64,000 nucleotides of DNA, taken from NCBI GenBank assembly GCA_046290465.1, contig JBKAGP010000001.1, positions 1,248,001 to 1,312,000 of the forward strand, given 5' to 3'. The translations under genes and the position numbers were made by a program. This document shows, piece after piece, positions 1 to 9,550 of this stretch; position 1 is the stretch's first letter; the number at the start of each line of letters is the position of its first letter. This DNA is from Planctomycetota bacterium (lineage in GTDB: Bacteria; Planctomycetota; UBA1135; UBA2386). The notes under the pieces are model-generated. The model searched no databases and was not told the DNA's origin. It saw only the letters and a program-made list of their open reading frames with translations.

Positions 1-2112
1 GCCGGTCTTCAGGTCGTAGAGCGTCAGGTCGACGGCGCAGCCGCGGTTGTGGCGCGAGCCGCGCATCGGGTCGGCGACGAACAGCTTCAGGTGGCGCGGC
101 GCCGCGTCCCAGAACACCTTGGTCACCCACCACGGCCGGTAGCCGTCGAACACCTGGATGCCGACGCCGTGGCGGCCGAGCGCGCGGTGCGCGCGCACCA
201 GCGCCTCGGCCGCCGGCCGCTGCAGCTTGGCGACCGGCTGGTCGTAGACCTTGGCGCCGAGGAAGTTGTCTTCGCTCGCGTAGCGGATGTCGAAGCGCAG
301 GCCGTCGCCGCCGTCGATCGTGCGCAGGTCGACCAGGTCGTGCGGGCGGTTGCCGCGCCGCAGCACCTCGGGCATCGGCGTCGCGCGCGCCGCGGCGATC
401 AGCTCGGGCACCGGCCGCACCGCCTGCATGCGGAACGTGCCGGCGGTCGGACCGGGCCGCCGCGGGAACCGCGCGCCGCTGACGAACACCGCCTCGACCG
501 CGCCGCTGGCGTCGCGTTCGAAGCGCAGCTGGTCGTCGTGGTACATGCCCGGCGGAAAGCTGTAGAGGTCGGGGCCGACGCGGTCGGGCAGGTCGCGCAT
601 CACCCACTCGACCAGCACCGCGAGCCTGCCCTGGTCCTCGTAGACGACCAGCGCGTTGTGGTCCCAGCCGTACTCGCCGAGCAGTTCGCGCAGCTCTTCG
701 GGGGCCTTGGCCGGCACCGTGTCATCGCGCACGTAGTCGTTGCGGAAGCCGCGCAGGTTGCCGTCGGGCAAGAACGTCAGCCGCCGCGAACGCCCGATGC
801 CGAGCGGGTCGTCGGCGACCAGCGAACCGTCGGCCGCGAGACGCAGCCGCGTGCGCACGCCGATGTTCGGGTCGTAGTAGAGGTCGCCGTCGCGTTCGAC
901 CAGGTGCACCCAGTTGTCGCCGGTGCGCCAGCGGCCGGCCAGCGCCCGCGCCCGTTCGACGCCGAGCGGCTGCGGCCACTGCGGCGGCGGCAGGGTCTCG
1001 CCGCGGCGGTTGGCGAGCACCGCGCGCAGCGCGCGATCGGCGATCTCGTCGGCGACCTCGTTGGCGAAGTCCTTGGTGCAGACCACGGCGACCGCGACGC
1101 CCTGGTCGGGCAGCGCAGCGAGCGTCGACGCGAAGCCGTAGACGGCGCCGCCGTGCGCGACCTTGCGGTGGCCTTCGAGGCTCGACACGAAGAAGCCGAG
1201 CCCGCAGCGAGTGTTGGCGTCGGCCGGCACCCACATGCTCGCCTGCGTGTCGCTGCGGATCACGCGCTCGGGCGCGCCCGGGAACCAGCTGCGCGCGAAC
1301 CGCACCAGGTCGACCGTGGTGCTGCGCAGCTCGGCCGCCGGCACGTAGCCGAAGCGCCACTCCGGCGTCGCGATCTTGCGGCCGTCGTAGGTCCACATCA
1401 CGCCGTGCGCCTGCCGTGCGAGCAGGTCCGGTCGCGGTGCGAAGTCCGAATCGCCCAGGCCGAGCGGCGTCAGCACCAGGTCGCGCACCGCGTCCTCGAA
1501 CGGCTTGCCGGTCGCGCGCGCGACGACTTCGCCGACCACACCGATGCCGGGGTTGGAGTACTTGAACGTCGTGCCCGGGGCGTGCACCAGCCGCGTCCGC
1601 GACAGGCTCGCAACGGTCGCGGACAGGCTCGGCTCGTCGGCGTCGAAGTAGTGACCGACCGGCGACTCGCGCACCAGGCCGGCGCGGTGGCTCATCAGCA
1701 GCCGCAGGGTGATCGGCACCCCGTAGGGGTCCTCGGGCGCGAACTCCGGCAGGTAGGTCTGGATCGGCTCGTCGAGATCGAGCTGGCCGCGTTCGACCAG
1801 CACCATCGCGGCGGTGTCGGTGAACAGCTTGCTGATCGACGCGACCCGGTGCGTCGCCAGCACCTCGCGGGCGTGCGCCGACGGCAGGCTGTTGACCGGC
1901 GCGCCCAGGTGGTCGGCCCACAGGTGCTGCTCGCCGGTCGCGGGATCGACCTCGAGCAGCGCGATCCAGACGCCCGGCACGCCCATCTCGACGCGGTGCC
2001 GTTCGGCGAACTGCAGCAGGTCGTCGCGGAACCCGTCGAAGCGCGGGGCCTCGAAGCGTGGCTGCGTCGAACATCCGGCCAACAGGGCGAGCAACAGCAG
2101 TTTGCGGCGCAT
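1..2112 (-). CDS. Lipoprotein fusion of a beta-lactamase-family serine hydrolase and a VanX/DdpX-type (M15D) D-Ala-D-Ala dipeptidase; 3' end is beyond the window edge
   Basis: Not in the ORF track; translated by hand from ATG 2112: MRRKLLLLALLAGC (lipobox), SxxK (ASISKLF), LLMSHRAG, YSN, HGG, then DIRYASEDNF, FDGYRPW and SRHNRGCAVD (SxHxxGxAxD Zn motif). Open to position 1. Confidence 0.9.
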   Translation of the reverse strand, partial: MRRKLLLLALLAGCSTQPRFEAPRFDGFRDDLLQFAERHRVEMGVPGVWIALLEVDPATGEQHLWADHLGAPVNSLPSAHAREVLATHRVASISKLFTDTAAMVLVERGQLDLDEPIQTYLPEFAPEDPYGVPITLRLLMSHRAGLVRESPVGHYFDADEPSLSATVASLSRTRLVHAPGTTFKYSNPGIGVVGEVVARATGKPFEDAVRDLVLTPLGLGDSDFAPRPDLLARQAHGVMWTYDGRKIATPEWRFGYVPAAELRSTTVDLVRFARSWFPGAPERVIRSDTQASMWVPADANTRCGLGFFVSSLEGHRKVAHGGAVYGFASTLAALPDQGVAVAVVCTKDFANEVADEIADRALRAVLANRRGETLPPPQWPQPLGVERARALAGRWRTGDNWVHLVERDGDLYYDPNIGVRTRLRLAADGSLVADDPLGIGRSRRLTFLPDGNLRGFRNDYVRDDTVPAKAPEELRELLGEYGWDHNALVVYEDQGRLAVLVEWVMRDLPDRVGPDLYSFPPGMYHDDQLRFERDASGAVEAVFVSGARFPRRPGPTAGTFRMQAVRPVPELIAAARATPMPEVLRRGNRPHDLVDLRTIDGGDGLRFDIRYASEDNFLGAKVYDQPVAKLQRPAAEALVRAHRALGRHGVGIQVFDGYRPWWVTKVFWDAAPRHLKLFVADPMRGSRHNRGCAVDLTLYDLKTG

Positions 2113-2147
2113 GCCAGCAAGCGTGCCCGCTAGCATGCCCGCCAGCA

Positions 2148-2744
2148 ATGACCCACGGCGGGCACAGCGAGACGGTGCAGTTCGATTACGACCAGGCCGA
2201 CATGGCCGACGTGCGCGCCACGGTCGAACAGGTCTCGCGTCTCACCCACCCGCAGCGCGCCCGTTCGGCCGCGATCGCCGCCGGCATGCTGGGCGTCGCG
2301 GCGACCTCGCTGCTGATGCTGACGCTGCTCGACGATCGCTTTGCGTGGCCGACGTCGACGCGGCTGCTGCTGGCGGCCGCGATCGGGCTGTGCGGCTTCG
2401 TGCTCGAGTTCGCGCTGTGGCCGCGCCGCATGCGGCGCCGGTTACGCCGCGAGGTCGACGACGGCTGGACGCCGGACGGCCTGCACACCTGCGTGGTCAC
2501 GCGCGACGAGGTCGGCATCTGGTGCCGGCAGCCCGGCCTGACGCTGCAGATCCCGTACGACGAGGTCGCCCACGTCGGCTTCGACGGCCCCGACGTCGAG
2601 ATCCACGGCTACTTCGGCGACTTCGTCAACATCCGCGCACGCGCCTTCGACTCGCCCGAGCACGCGCGCAGCTTCGCCGAACGGGTCGAGCGCGCGGCGG
2701 CCGCCGCGCAGGCGCCGGACGAGCCGGAACTCTGGACCCGATGA
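2148..2744 (+). CDS. Membrane protein with two TM helices and a YcxB-like C-terminal domain
   Basis: ATG 2148 (MTHGGHSETVQFDY), two hydrophobic helices, then 'LQIPYDEV...IRARAF'. ATGA overlap with the next gene. Confidence 0.6.
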   Translation: MTHGGHSETVQFDYDQADMADVRATVEQVSRLTHPQRARSAAIAAGMLGVAATSLLMLTLLDDRFAWPTSTRLLLAAAIGLCGFVLEFALWPRRMRRRLRREVDDGWTPDGLHTCVVTRDEVGIWCRQPGLTLQIPYDEVAHVGFDGPDVEIHGYFGDFVNIRARAFDSPEHARSFAERVERAAAAAQAPDEPELWTR

Positions 2745-3235
2745 CCGCCGTACGCCCCACGTTCTCGTTCCGGTTCGACCAGGCCTTCGTCCAGCGTGCG
2801 CTGCGCCGGGACCGCAACTGGGGCGTGCTCAAGGTCCTGCTGCTCTACGCGATCGCGGCACCGCTGGTCGTGTTCGGCCTCGACGCGCACGGCGGCCTGA
2901 CCTACGGCATCCTCGGCGGCGGCTTCGTCGCGACGATGACGTTCGTGGTCGCGCTGTTCGCCAAGGCGGCCAACTCGGTGCACGCCATCTGGCTGCGCCA
3001 GTCGCCGTCGCTGACGATCCGCTACGAACTCGACGACGACGGCTTCTCGATCCACATGGACCACGCCAGCAGCCGGTTCGCCTGGCAGGGGCTGCGCCAG
3101 CTCTGGCGCTACCCCGACGTCTGGCTGATCGAGGTCGTCAGGAAGCAGAGCGCGTTCTCCCCGCCCGAGGCGGTCGACGCCGAGGCGCTCGCGTTCGTCG
3201 AACGCAAGTGCCGTGAGGGCGGCGCAAAGGTGTAA
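2741..3235 (+). CDS. YcxB-like membrane protein
   Basis: MTAVRPTFSFRFD..., two TM helices, 'YELDDDGF...SRFAWQGLRQLWRYPDVWLI'. Translationally coupled to the upstream gene. Confidence 0.65.
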   Translation: MTAVRPTFSFRFDQAFVQRALRRDRNWGVLKVLLLYAIAAPLVVFGLDAHGGLTYGILGGGFVATMTFVVALFAKAANSVHAIWLRQSPSLTIRYELDDDGFSIHMDHASSRFAWQGLRQLWRYPDVWLIEVVRKQSAFSPPEAVDAEALAFVERKCREGGAKV

Positions 3236-3248
3236 GGCGCGTCCGGGT

Positions 3249-6200
3249 CTAGCCGAAGCCGACCTGTTCTTCGCCGGCGATGCGCTGCTTCTTGGCCGGG
3301 TCCTTACCGCCACCGGGCACGCCACCGTCCTGGATCGTGTCGACCTCGTGCAGCGCGACCGCGATCCGCGACGAGACGCCGCGGCGCTGCATCGTGATGC
3401 CGTAGAGAACCTGGCACTCGGCCATCGTGCGCTTGTGGTGCGTCACGATGCAGAACTGGGTCTCGCCGGTGAAGTCGCGCAGCACGCGCAGGAAGCGCTC
3501 GACGTTGGTCTCGTCGAGGGCGGCGTCGACTTCGTCGAGGATGCAGAACGGGCTCGGGCGCACCTTGAACAGCGCGAACAGGATCGCGACCGCCGTCATC
3601 GTGCGCTCGCCGCCGGACAGCAGGTTGATCGACTGCAGCTGCTTGCCGGGCGGCTGCGCGACGATCTCGATGCCGGCCTCGAGCATGTCCTCCTCGGTGT
3701 TGCTGAGGAACATGTCGGCCTTGCCGCCCTGGAACAGCTTCCGGAAGATCTCCTGGAAGTTCTTCCGGGCCTCGTGGAACGTGTCCTCGAACAGCGACTT
3801 CGACTCCATCTCGAGGCGCCGCAGCGTCTCCATCAGGGTCTTGCGCGCTTCCTTCAGGTCGGCGACCTCCTGCTCGAGCTGCGAGAAGTTGCCCTCTTCC
3901 TCGTCGAGCTCTTGCACCGCGTCGACGTTGACCGCACCGAGGCGGTCCTTCTGGCTCTGCAGGACCTGGACCTCCTTGCGCGCCTGGCTGGCGTCGAAGT
4001 CGTCCTCGAGCCACAGGCGCCGCAGGTTGTGCCACTGCTCGACGACGGCCGGGGGCAGCGGCGGCCCCTGCAAGAACGCCACCACGTCGCCCGGCGCGAC
4101 CGGCCCGTGCAGCAGGGCGTGGTCGATGCGGCCGATGCCGACGACCTCGCCGAGGCAGCGGCGCAGTTCGATGCCGGTCTCCTCGCGCAGGCGGTCCTCG
4201 AGGCGTTCGAAGCGGTGCTCGACGTCGGCGACGCCGAGCCGCGTCTGCGACAGCGACTCGTTGGCGACCGCGCGGCGCTGCTCCCAGTCCTGGACCTGCT
4301 CGAGCACCTCTTCCCGCGCCTCGCGGGCGCGCGAGACCTGCTCGTCGGCGGCCTCCTTCTTGATCGTCAGCTCGGCGAAGGTCTCCTCGAGCGCCGCCGC
4401 CGTCTCGAGCAACTGCTCCTGCTCGGCCAGCGCCTGGGCCCGGTCGTCCTCGGCCTGCTGCTGGCGATCGGTGATCTCCTGCAGCGCGCGGTCGAAGTCG
4501 CGCACCGCCTCCTCGTGCATCTTGATCGACCGCACCAGACCCTCGCGGACCTCGCCGGTCTGCACCTGCTGGATGCGCAGGTTCTGCTCCTTGTCCTGCT
4601 GCTCGCGCTGCGCCTCCTCGGCGAGGCGGATCTTCTCGCCGAAGCCCTGCTCCTCGTCGCCGGCGAGCTTCTCGAGGCGGATCAACAGGTGCTGGTTGAG
4701 CAGCGACGTGCCGAGGTCGGCGTAGGCGCGCGCGCCGGAGTGGCCCAGCTCGGCCGCCTCCTGCGCGATCTCGTCGAACTCGCGGTCGATGTCCTCGTTG
4801 CGCGCCACCAGCCGCGACTCCTGCGCATGCGCCGCCTGGGCGTCGCGGCGCACGCGCGACAGCGCGTCGCCGACCGCCTTGAGTTCGCGCTTGAGCCGGT
4901 CGACGCGACCGGTCGCCGCCTCCTTGCCCTGCTGCAGGCCGCGCATCTCCAGCTGCAGCTGTTCGGCGCGTTCGCCGAGTTCGACGATCTGCGAACGGCG
5001 CACGACCAGGCCCTGGTGGCCCTCGGCGGCGAGGCCGCCCTCCATGCGCGGACCGCAGACGAGCGTGCCGTCGGGGGTGACGAAGCACAGGTCGGCGCGG
5101 CTCGAGTCGGCGATGTCGAAGTCGGCGACGACGACGCCGCGCAGCAGCCAGCCCATCAGCTTGCGGCTGGCGGCAGAGCCGGCCTGCTCGCCCTCCTCCT
5201 GCTGTTCGACGACGTGGCGGACCAGGTCGGTCAGGTACTCGGCGCCGCTCGGCGGCTTCAGCAGCGAACTGCCGCGCGCGCACGGCGGCTGGTCGCCGAA
5301 CGCCTCCTCGACCAGCAGCAGCACCCGACCGAGACGCTGCTCGGACAGGTCGCGCACGATCGCCGCGGCGTTCTCGCGGGTGTCGACGACCAGCGCCTGC
5401 ACGTACGGCCCGAGCGCGGCCTCGAGCGCGGCGCCGTGCTGGCTGTCAATCTCGATCAGGTCCAGCAGCCGGCCGCGCAGGCCCTCGGGCTGCTGCTCGA
5501 GCACGTAGCGCGGGCCCTGGTCGAAGCCCTCCATGTGGGCCTCCATCGCCATCAGCGCCTGCCGACGTCCTTCGACCTCGGTCAACTGGTAGCGCAGGCT
5601 CGACTCCTGCTCGGCGAGCTCGGCGGCGGCCGCGTCGGCGCCCTCGAGGTCGCGCAGCGACACCTGTTCGCGCTCCTCGAGCAGGCGTTCGCGGGTGCCG
5701 TGGTCGACCAGCTCGTCGCGCCAGCGCCGCAGGTCGGTGCCCAGCCGGTCGGCCTCCTGGCGCAGGACGCCGCGGCGCTCGGCGAGTCGCGCCTCACGGT
5801 TGCGGGTGGCGGCGACCTTGGCCGCCGCGTCGGACGCGACGTTGCGCGCGCGGGTGCGGCGGTGCAGCAGGTCGAGCTGCCGTTCGCGGATCGTCTCGCG
5901 CGCCTGGACCAGCTCCTTCATCGCGCTGGCCGCCTGCTGCGTGACCTCACGCTGCTCCTCGAGCTGCTTGTGCAGCTCGATCAGGTCGGCCTCCTTCTGC
6001 GCCAGGTCGTCGCGCGCGGTCTCGAGCACGACGTTGCGCTCGTCGCGCTGCGACACCAGGCCCTCGCTGCGCTGGCGGCCACGTTCGAGCTCCGCCAGAC
6101 GGTCCTCGGCGCGGCGACCGAACGAGTCGGCGCGCTCCTTGTGCTGCAGCAGCTCGGTCTGGCACCGGCGCAGCTCTTCCTGCACGGCCTCGAGCGCGGT

Positions 6201-7037
6201 CGCGAACTCGGCGATCGCCGCGTCCTTCTGCTCCAGCTCGATGCCCTTCTCCTCGCGCCCGGCCTCGGCCGCGACCAGGTCCTCCTGCAGCGTCGTCAGC
6301 CGCTGGGCCTGGGCGTGCCACTGCTCGCGCAGCTGCTCGCCGTCGACGACCGCGAGCGCCGCACGCAGGTCGCAGAGCGCCGCCTGCAGTTCCTTGAAGC
6401 GCCGCGCCTTGCCGGCCTGGATGCGCAGGCTGCGGATCCGTCGGCCGCGCTCCTCGAGCAGGTCGGTGACGCGCGCGAGGTTCTGGTCGGTGCGCTCGAG
6501 CTTGCGCAGCGTCTCCTTCTTCTGCAACTTGAAGCGCGCGACGCCGGCGGCCTCCTCGAAGATCGCGCGGCGCGCCTCGGGGTTGGCCGACAGCACGGCG
6601 TCGATGCGGCCCTGCTCCATCACGGAGTAGCCGCCGGTGCCGAGGCCGGTGTCGAGCAGCACGTCGCGAACGTCCTTGAGCCGCACCTCGCTGCCGTTGA
6701 CCAGGTAGCTCGACTCCTTGTCGAGCGTCAGCCGGCGCGCGATGTCGATCTCGGTGTGGCCGTCGAAGCGGCCCTCCGGATCCTCGAACGTGATCGTGAC
6801 CTCGGCCATGCCCATGGCCTCGCGGCCTTCGGCACCCTTGAAGATCACGTCGGTCATCGCCGAGCCGCGCAGGCTCTTGGCGCGCTGGTCGCCGAGCACC
6901 CACTTGATGGCGTCGACGACGTTCGACTTGCCGCAGCCGTTGGGACCGATGATCCCGGTCAGGCGCGAGTCGAACTCGAACTCGGTCTTGTCCGCGAACG
7001 ACTTGAAGCCGCGGGCGACGAGGCGCTTGAGACGCAT
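3249..7037 (-). CDS. smc: Chromosome segregation protein SMC
   Basis: GFKSF, Walker A GPNGCGKSN, coiled coils and hinge, LSGGE signature, Walker B ILDEVDAALD. Confidence 0.98.
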   Translation of the reverse strand: MRLKRLVARGFKSFADKTEFEFDSRLTGIIGPNGCGKSNVVDAIKWVLGDQRAKSLRGSAMTDVIFKGAEGREAMGMAEVTITFEDPEGRFDGHTEIDIARRLTLDKESSYLVNGSEVRLKDVRDVLLDTGLGTGGYSVMEQGRIDAVLSANPEARRAIFEEAAGVARFKLQKKETLRKLERTDQNLARVTDLLEERGRRIRSLRIQAGKARRFKELQAALCDLRAALAVVDGEQLREQWHAQAQRLTTLQEDLVAAEAGREEKGIELEQKDAAIAEFATALEAVQEELRRCQTELLQHKERADSFGRRAEDRLAELERGRQRSEGLVSQRDERNVVLETARDDLAQKEADLIELHKQLEEQREVTQQAASAMKELVQARETIRERQLDLLHRRTRARNVASDAAAKVAATRNREARLAERRGVLRQEADRLGTDLRRWRDELVDHGTRERLLEEREQVSLRDLEGADAAAAELAEQESSLRYQLTEVEGRRQALMAMEAHMEGFDQGPRYVLEQQPEGLRGRLLDLIEIDSQHGAALEAALGPYVQALVVDTRENAAAIVRDLSEQRLGRVLLLVEEAFGDQPPCARGSSLLKPPSGAEYLTDLVRHVVEQQEEGEQAGSAASRKLMGWLLRGVVVADFDIADSSRADLCFVTPDGTLVCGPRMEGGLAAEGHQGLVVRRSQIVELGERAEQLQLEMRGLQQGKEAATGRVDRLKRELKAVGDALSRVRRDAQAAHAQESRLVARNEDIDREFDEIAQEAAELGHSGARAYADLGTSLLNQHLLIRLEKLAGDEEQGFGEKIRLAEEAQREQQDKEQNLRIQQVQTGEVREGLVRSIKMHEEAVRDFDRALQEITDRQQQAEDDRAQALAEQEQLLETAAALEETFAELTIKKEAADEQVSRAREAREEVLEQVQDWEQRRAVANESLSQTRLGVADVEHRFERLEDRLREETGIELRRCLGEVVGIGRIDHALLHGPVAPGDVVAFLQGPPLPPAVVEQWHNLRRLWLEDDFDASQARKEVQVLQSQKDRLGAVNVDAVQELDEEEGNFSQLEQEVADLKEARKTLMETLRRLEMESKSLFEDTFHEARKNFQEIFRKLFQGGKADMFLSNTEEDMLEAGIEIVAQPPGKQLQSINLLSGGERTMTAVAILFALFKVRPSPFCILDEVDAALDETNVERFLRVLRDFTGETQFCIVTHHKRTMAECQVLYGITMQRRGVSSRIAVALHEVDTIQDGGVPGGGKDPAKKQRIAGEEQVGFG

Positions 7038-7040
7038 GGC

Positions 7041-7574
7041 CTAGCCCTCTCCCGCCCAGCGGCCGCCGAGGGGATCCCTCGCGCCGGGCGCGTCCGAGCC
7101 AGCCGACGAGCCAGCCGACGAGTCAGCCGACGAGTCAGCCGACGACTTGCGCGCGGCCAGCGGACCAGCCAGCGGATTGTCCAGCGGACCAGCCTGCGTC
7201 GTCGACGCACCTGTGGGCGGCGCCAGCGTCGCGACCGACTGGCGGCGACGGCTGCGCTCGGCCTGCACGGCGCCGTACGACACCGCAGCCGCCGGCTGGC
7301 CGGTGACGACCAGCAGGTGCTGCACCGCGTCGGCGATCTCGCTGGTGTTCAGCACCAGCTTGCCCTCCGCGCGGACCGGCTGCTCGGCGGCGTCGCGGCT
7401 GCGACGACTGCGCAGGCCCTCGAGCACCACCGTCGCGAGTTCGAGTGCACGCCAGTCCTCGTCCACCCCGATCTCGTAGAGAGCAAGGTGGATCGACCGC
7501 GCCAGCTTCGTGGCTCGCAGGAACTCGCGCCGACCATCGCGCTTCTCAACCAGATGTTCCGTCCGCCTCTTCAT
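7041..7574 (-). CDS. Stand-alone ATP-cone domain protein with a low-complexity tail
   Basis: VEKRDGRREF...KLARSIHLAL...TSEIADAVQHLL...AAVSY...ERSRRR fits the ATP-cone pattern. Overlaps the nrdR 3' end and stops 3 nt before smc. Confidence 0.75.
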   Translation of the reverse strand: MKRRTEHLVEKRDGRREFLRATKLARSIHLALYEIGVDEDWRALELATVVLEGLRSRRSRDAAEQPVRAEGKLVLNTSEIADAVQHLLVVTGQPAAAVSYGAVQAERSRRRQSVATLAPPTGASTTQAGPLDNPLAGPLAARKSSADSSADSSAGSSAGSDAPGARDPLGGRWAGEG

Positions 7575-8040
7575 GACCGCCCTCTCGCCGCTTCTCCAGC
7601 ATTGGCTTCAGCTCTTCGAGGAACTGGCTGACGTCCTTGAACTCGCGGTAGACCGACGCGAAGCGCACGTAGGCCACCTGATCGAGTTGGCGCAGTTCCT
7701 GCATGATGAGGTTGCCGACGACCTTGCTCGGCACCTCCTTGTCGAAGGCCTCCATGCACTGGCGTTCGATGCGGTCGGTCACGTCCTCGAGTTGCTCGTT
7801 GGACACCGGCCGCTTCTCGCACGCCGTCAGCAGGCCGCGGAGCACCTTGGTTCGATCGAACGCCACCCGCTCTCCGTTCTTCTTGACGACCCGCAGCGGC
7901 GCCATCTCGGCGCGTTCGTAGGTCGTGTAGCGTCGGCCGCAGTCGGCACAGACGCGCCGACGCCGGATCGCGAAGCCATCGGAGCTCGCACGCGAGTCGA
8001 TGACGCGATCGTTGTCGGCCTTGCAGTAGGGACAGCGCAT
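7546..8040 (-). CDS. nrdR: Transcriptional repressor NrdR
   Basis: MRCPYC...IRRRRVCADCGRRYTTYE Zn ribbon, ATP cone, VAYVRFASVYREF. Confidence 0.97.
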   Translation of the reverse strand: MRCPYCKADNDRVIDSRASSDGFAIRRRRVCADCGRRYTTYERAEMAPLRVVKKNGERVAFDRTKVLRGLLTACEKRPVSNEQLEDVTDRIERQCMEAFDKEVPSKVVGNLIMQELRQLDQVAYVRFASVYREFKDVSQFLEELKPMLEKRREGGHEEADGTSG

Positions 8041-8146
8041 GGACGTTCGGTTCGCCGGTGGCCTGTAGACGCCCACCACCGGAAAGGTTGCTCAGCGGAT
8101 TCAGGGAGCCGTCTGACCACGTCTCCCAGGCCTTGCACTGGCCGAG

Positions 8147-8176
8147 ACTCTACCGCCCCAACCCGTTGTGTGTCAA
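8147..8176 (-). promoter_or_regulatory. Sigma70-type promoter for nrdR-ATP-cone-smc
   Basis: TTGACA-N18-TAGAGT on the minus strand, about 105 nt upstream of the nrdR ATG. Confidence 0.6.
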
Positions 8177-8200
8177 AACCCCAGCACGATCCCGTCGGAC

Positions 8201-9523
8201 CTACTTGCCGAGGCAGAACCGACCGTAGATACGGTCCAACAGGTGCTCCGGCGAGTGCTCACCGGCGATTCCGTCGAGGGCGCGCAGCGCCGCCTGCAGC
8301 TCGACCGCGGCCAGTTCGGGGGCGACGGCGGCGGCGTCCAGCGCGCGCAGCAGCGCTCCGCGGCAGTGCTGCAGCGCGGTGCGCAGCGGGCCACCGGCGT
8401 CGGTGGTCGCCGAACCGGCGCTGCGAACGAGGGTCCGGCGCAGCTCCTCGACGCCGCGCAGGTCGTCGGCGCTGGTCGCGAACACGCGCCCCGCGGCCGG
8501 CAGCCGGGCGCGCACCGATTCGTCCAGCGCCGGGGCCGCGTCGACCAGGTCGCACTTGGTGAACGCCACCCCGAACCACGGCAGCGGCGAGCGCGTCGCC
8601 ATCGGCGGCACGTGCGGATCGGTCGCGTCGAGCACCAGCAGCAGGCCGGCGGCGCGGCCGGCCAGCCGTTCGCGCAGCTGCAGCGCCGCCAGGTCGGCGG
8701 CGGTCGGATCGTCGAGGTCGCCGGGGGCGTCCCACAGGTGCACCCCCGGCGCGACCTCGACCCGCAGCAGGTCGCGGGTGGTGCCGGCGTGGTCGGCGAC
8801 CAGCGCATGGCTGCGGCCGGCCAGCGCGTTGGCCAGGGACGACTTGCCGGCGTTGGCGCGGCCCACCAGCAGCAGCTCGCCGCCGGGCGCCGACGCCGGC
8901 AGCGACGCCAGCAGCGCGTCGAGCCGTTCGCGCAGCGGCAGCAGCGGATCGCGCCACAGCTCGGGCGCGACCGCGCCGGTGTCGAGGTCGTCGAAGTCGA
9001 AGCCGACCTCGAGCAGCGCCAGCCGGTCCTGCAGTTCGCCGCGCACGCTGCGCACCGCGTCGGCCAGACCACCGTTGAGCCACTGCACCGCCGCCTGCGC
9101 CTGCTGGCGGTCCTGCGCGTGCAGCAGCAGCAGCAGGCCCTCGGCCTGGGCGAGGTCGAGGCGGCCGTGCTCGCACGCGCGGGCGGTGAACTCGCCGGGC
9201 AGCGCCTCACGCACGCCGCTCGCGTCGCCGTCGCGCAGCATCTGCTCCTGCAGCAGCCGCACCAGCAGCGGCGAACCCGGCACGTGCAGCTCGACGACGT
9301 GCTCGCCGGTGAACGAACGCGGCGCCACCATCGTCAGCGCGCACGCTTCGAGGCGCTGCGAACGCACGGTGACGTGGCCGTCGAGCTGCGCGCGCTGCAC
9401 GACCGGTGCCGGCGCGAACACGCGCGCGGCGACCTCGAACGCGCGCGGCCCCGAGACGCGCAGCACCGCGCGTTCGCCCGGCCCCGACGCGCTGGCCAGC
9501 GCGACGATCGTGTCGCCGATCAT
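8201..9523 (-). CDS. mnmE: tRNA modification GTPase MnmE
   Basis: DTIVALAS, SFTGEHVVELH, PGEFTARA, G1 GRANAGKSS, GTTRD, C-terminal FCLGK. Confidence 0.95.
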   Translation of the reverse strand: MIGDTIVALASASGPGERAVLRVSGPRAFEVAARVFAPAPVVQRAQLDGHVTVRSQRLEACALTMVAPRSFTGEHVVELHVPGSPLLVRLLQEQMLRDGDASGVREALPGEFTARACEHGRLDLAQAEGLLLLLHAQDRQQAQAAVQWLNGGLADAVRSVRGELQDRLALLEVGFDFDDLDTGAVAPELWRDPLLPLRERLDALLASLPASAPGGELLLVGRANAGKSSLANALAGRSHALVADHAGTTRDLLRVEVAPGVHLWDAPGDLDDPTAADLAALQLRERLAGRAAGLLLVLDATDPHVPPMATRSPLPWFGVAFTKCDLVDAAPALDESVRARLPAAGRVFATSADDLRGVEELRRTLVRSAGSATTDAGGPLRTALQHCRGALLRALDAAAVAPELAAVELQAALRALDGIAGEHSPEHLLDRIYGRFCLGK

Positions 9524-9550
9524 CGCCGGCCTCGGTCGCGCCAGCGGCGG

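Noticed and set aside
49..2133. Long antisense ORFs here and elsewhere (e.g. 3213-7631, 14584-19212, 41734-45906, 55539-59024)
   Set aside because: Shadow frames of real genes, expected at this GC content; no recognisable motifs.
8156..8171. NrdR box in the nrdR promoter (CCCCAACCCGTTGTGT)
   Set aside because: The flanks fit, but the central AT is missing and no second box lies at the usual spacing.
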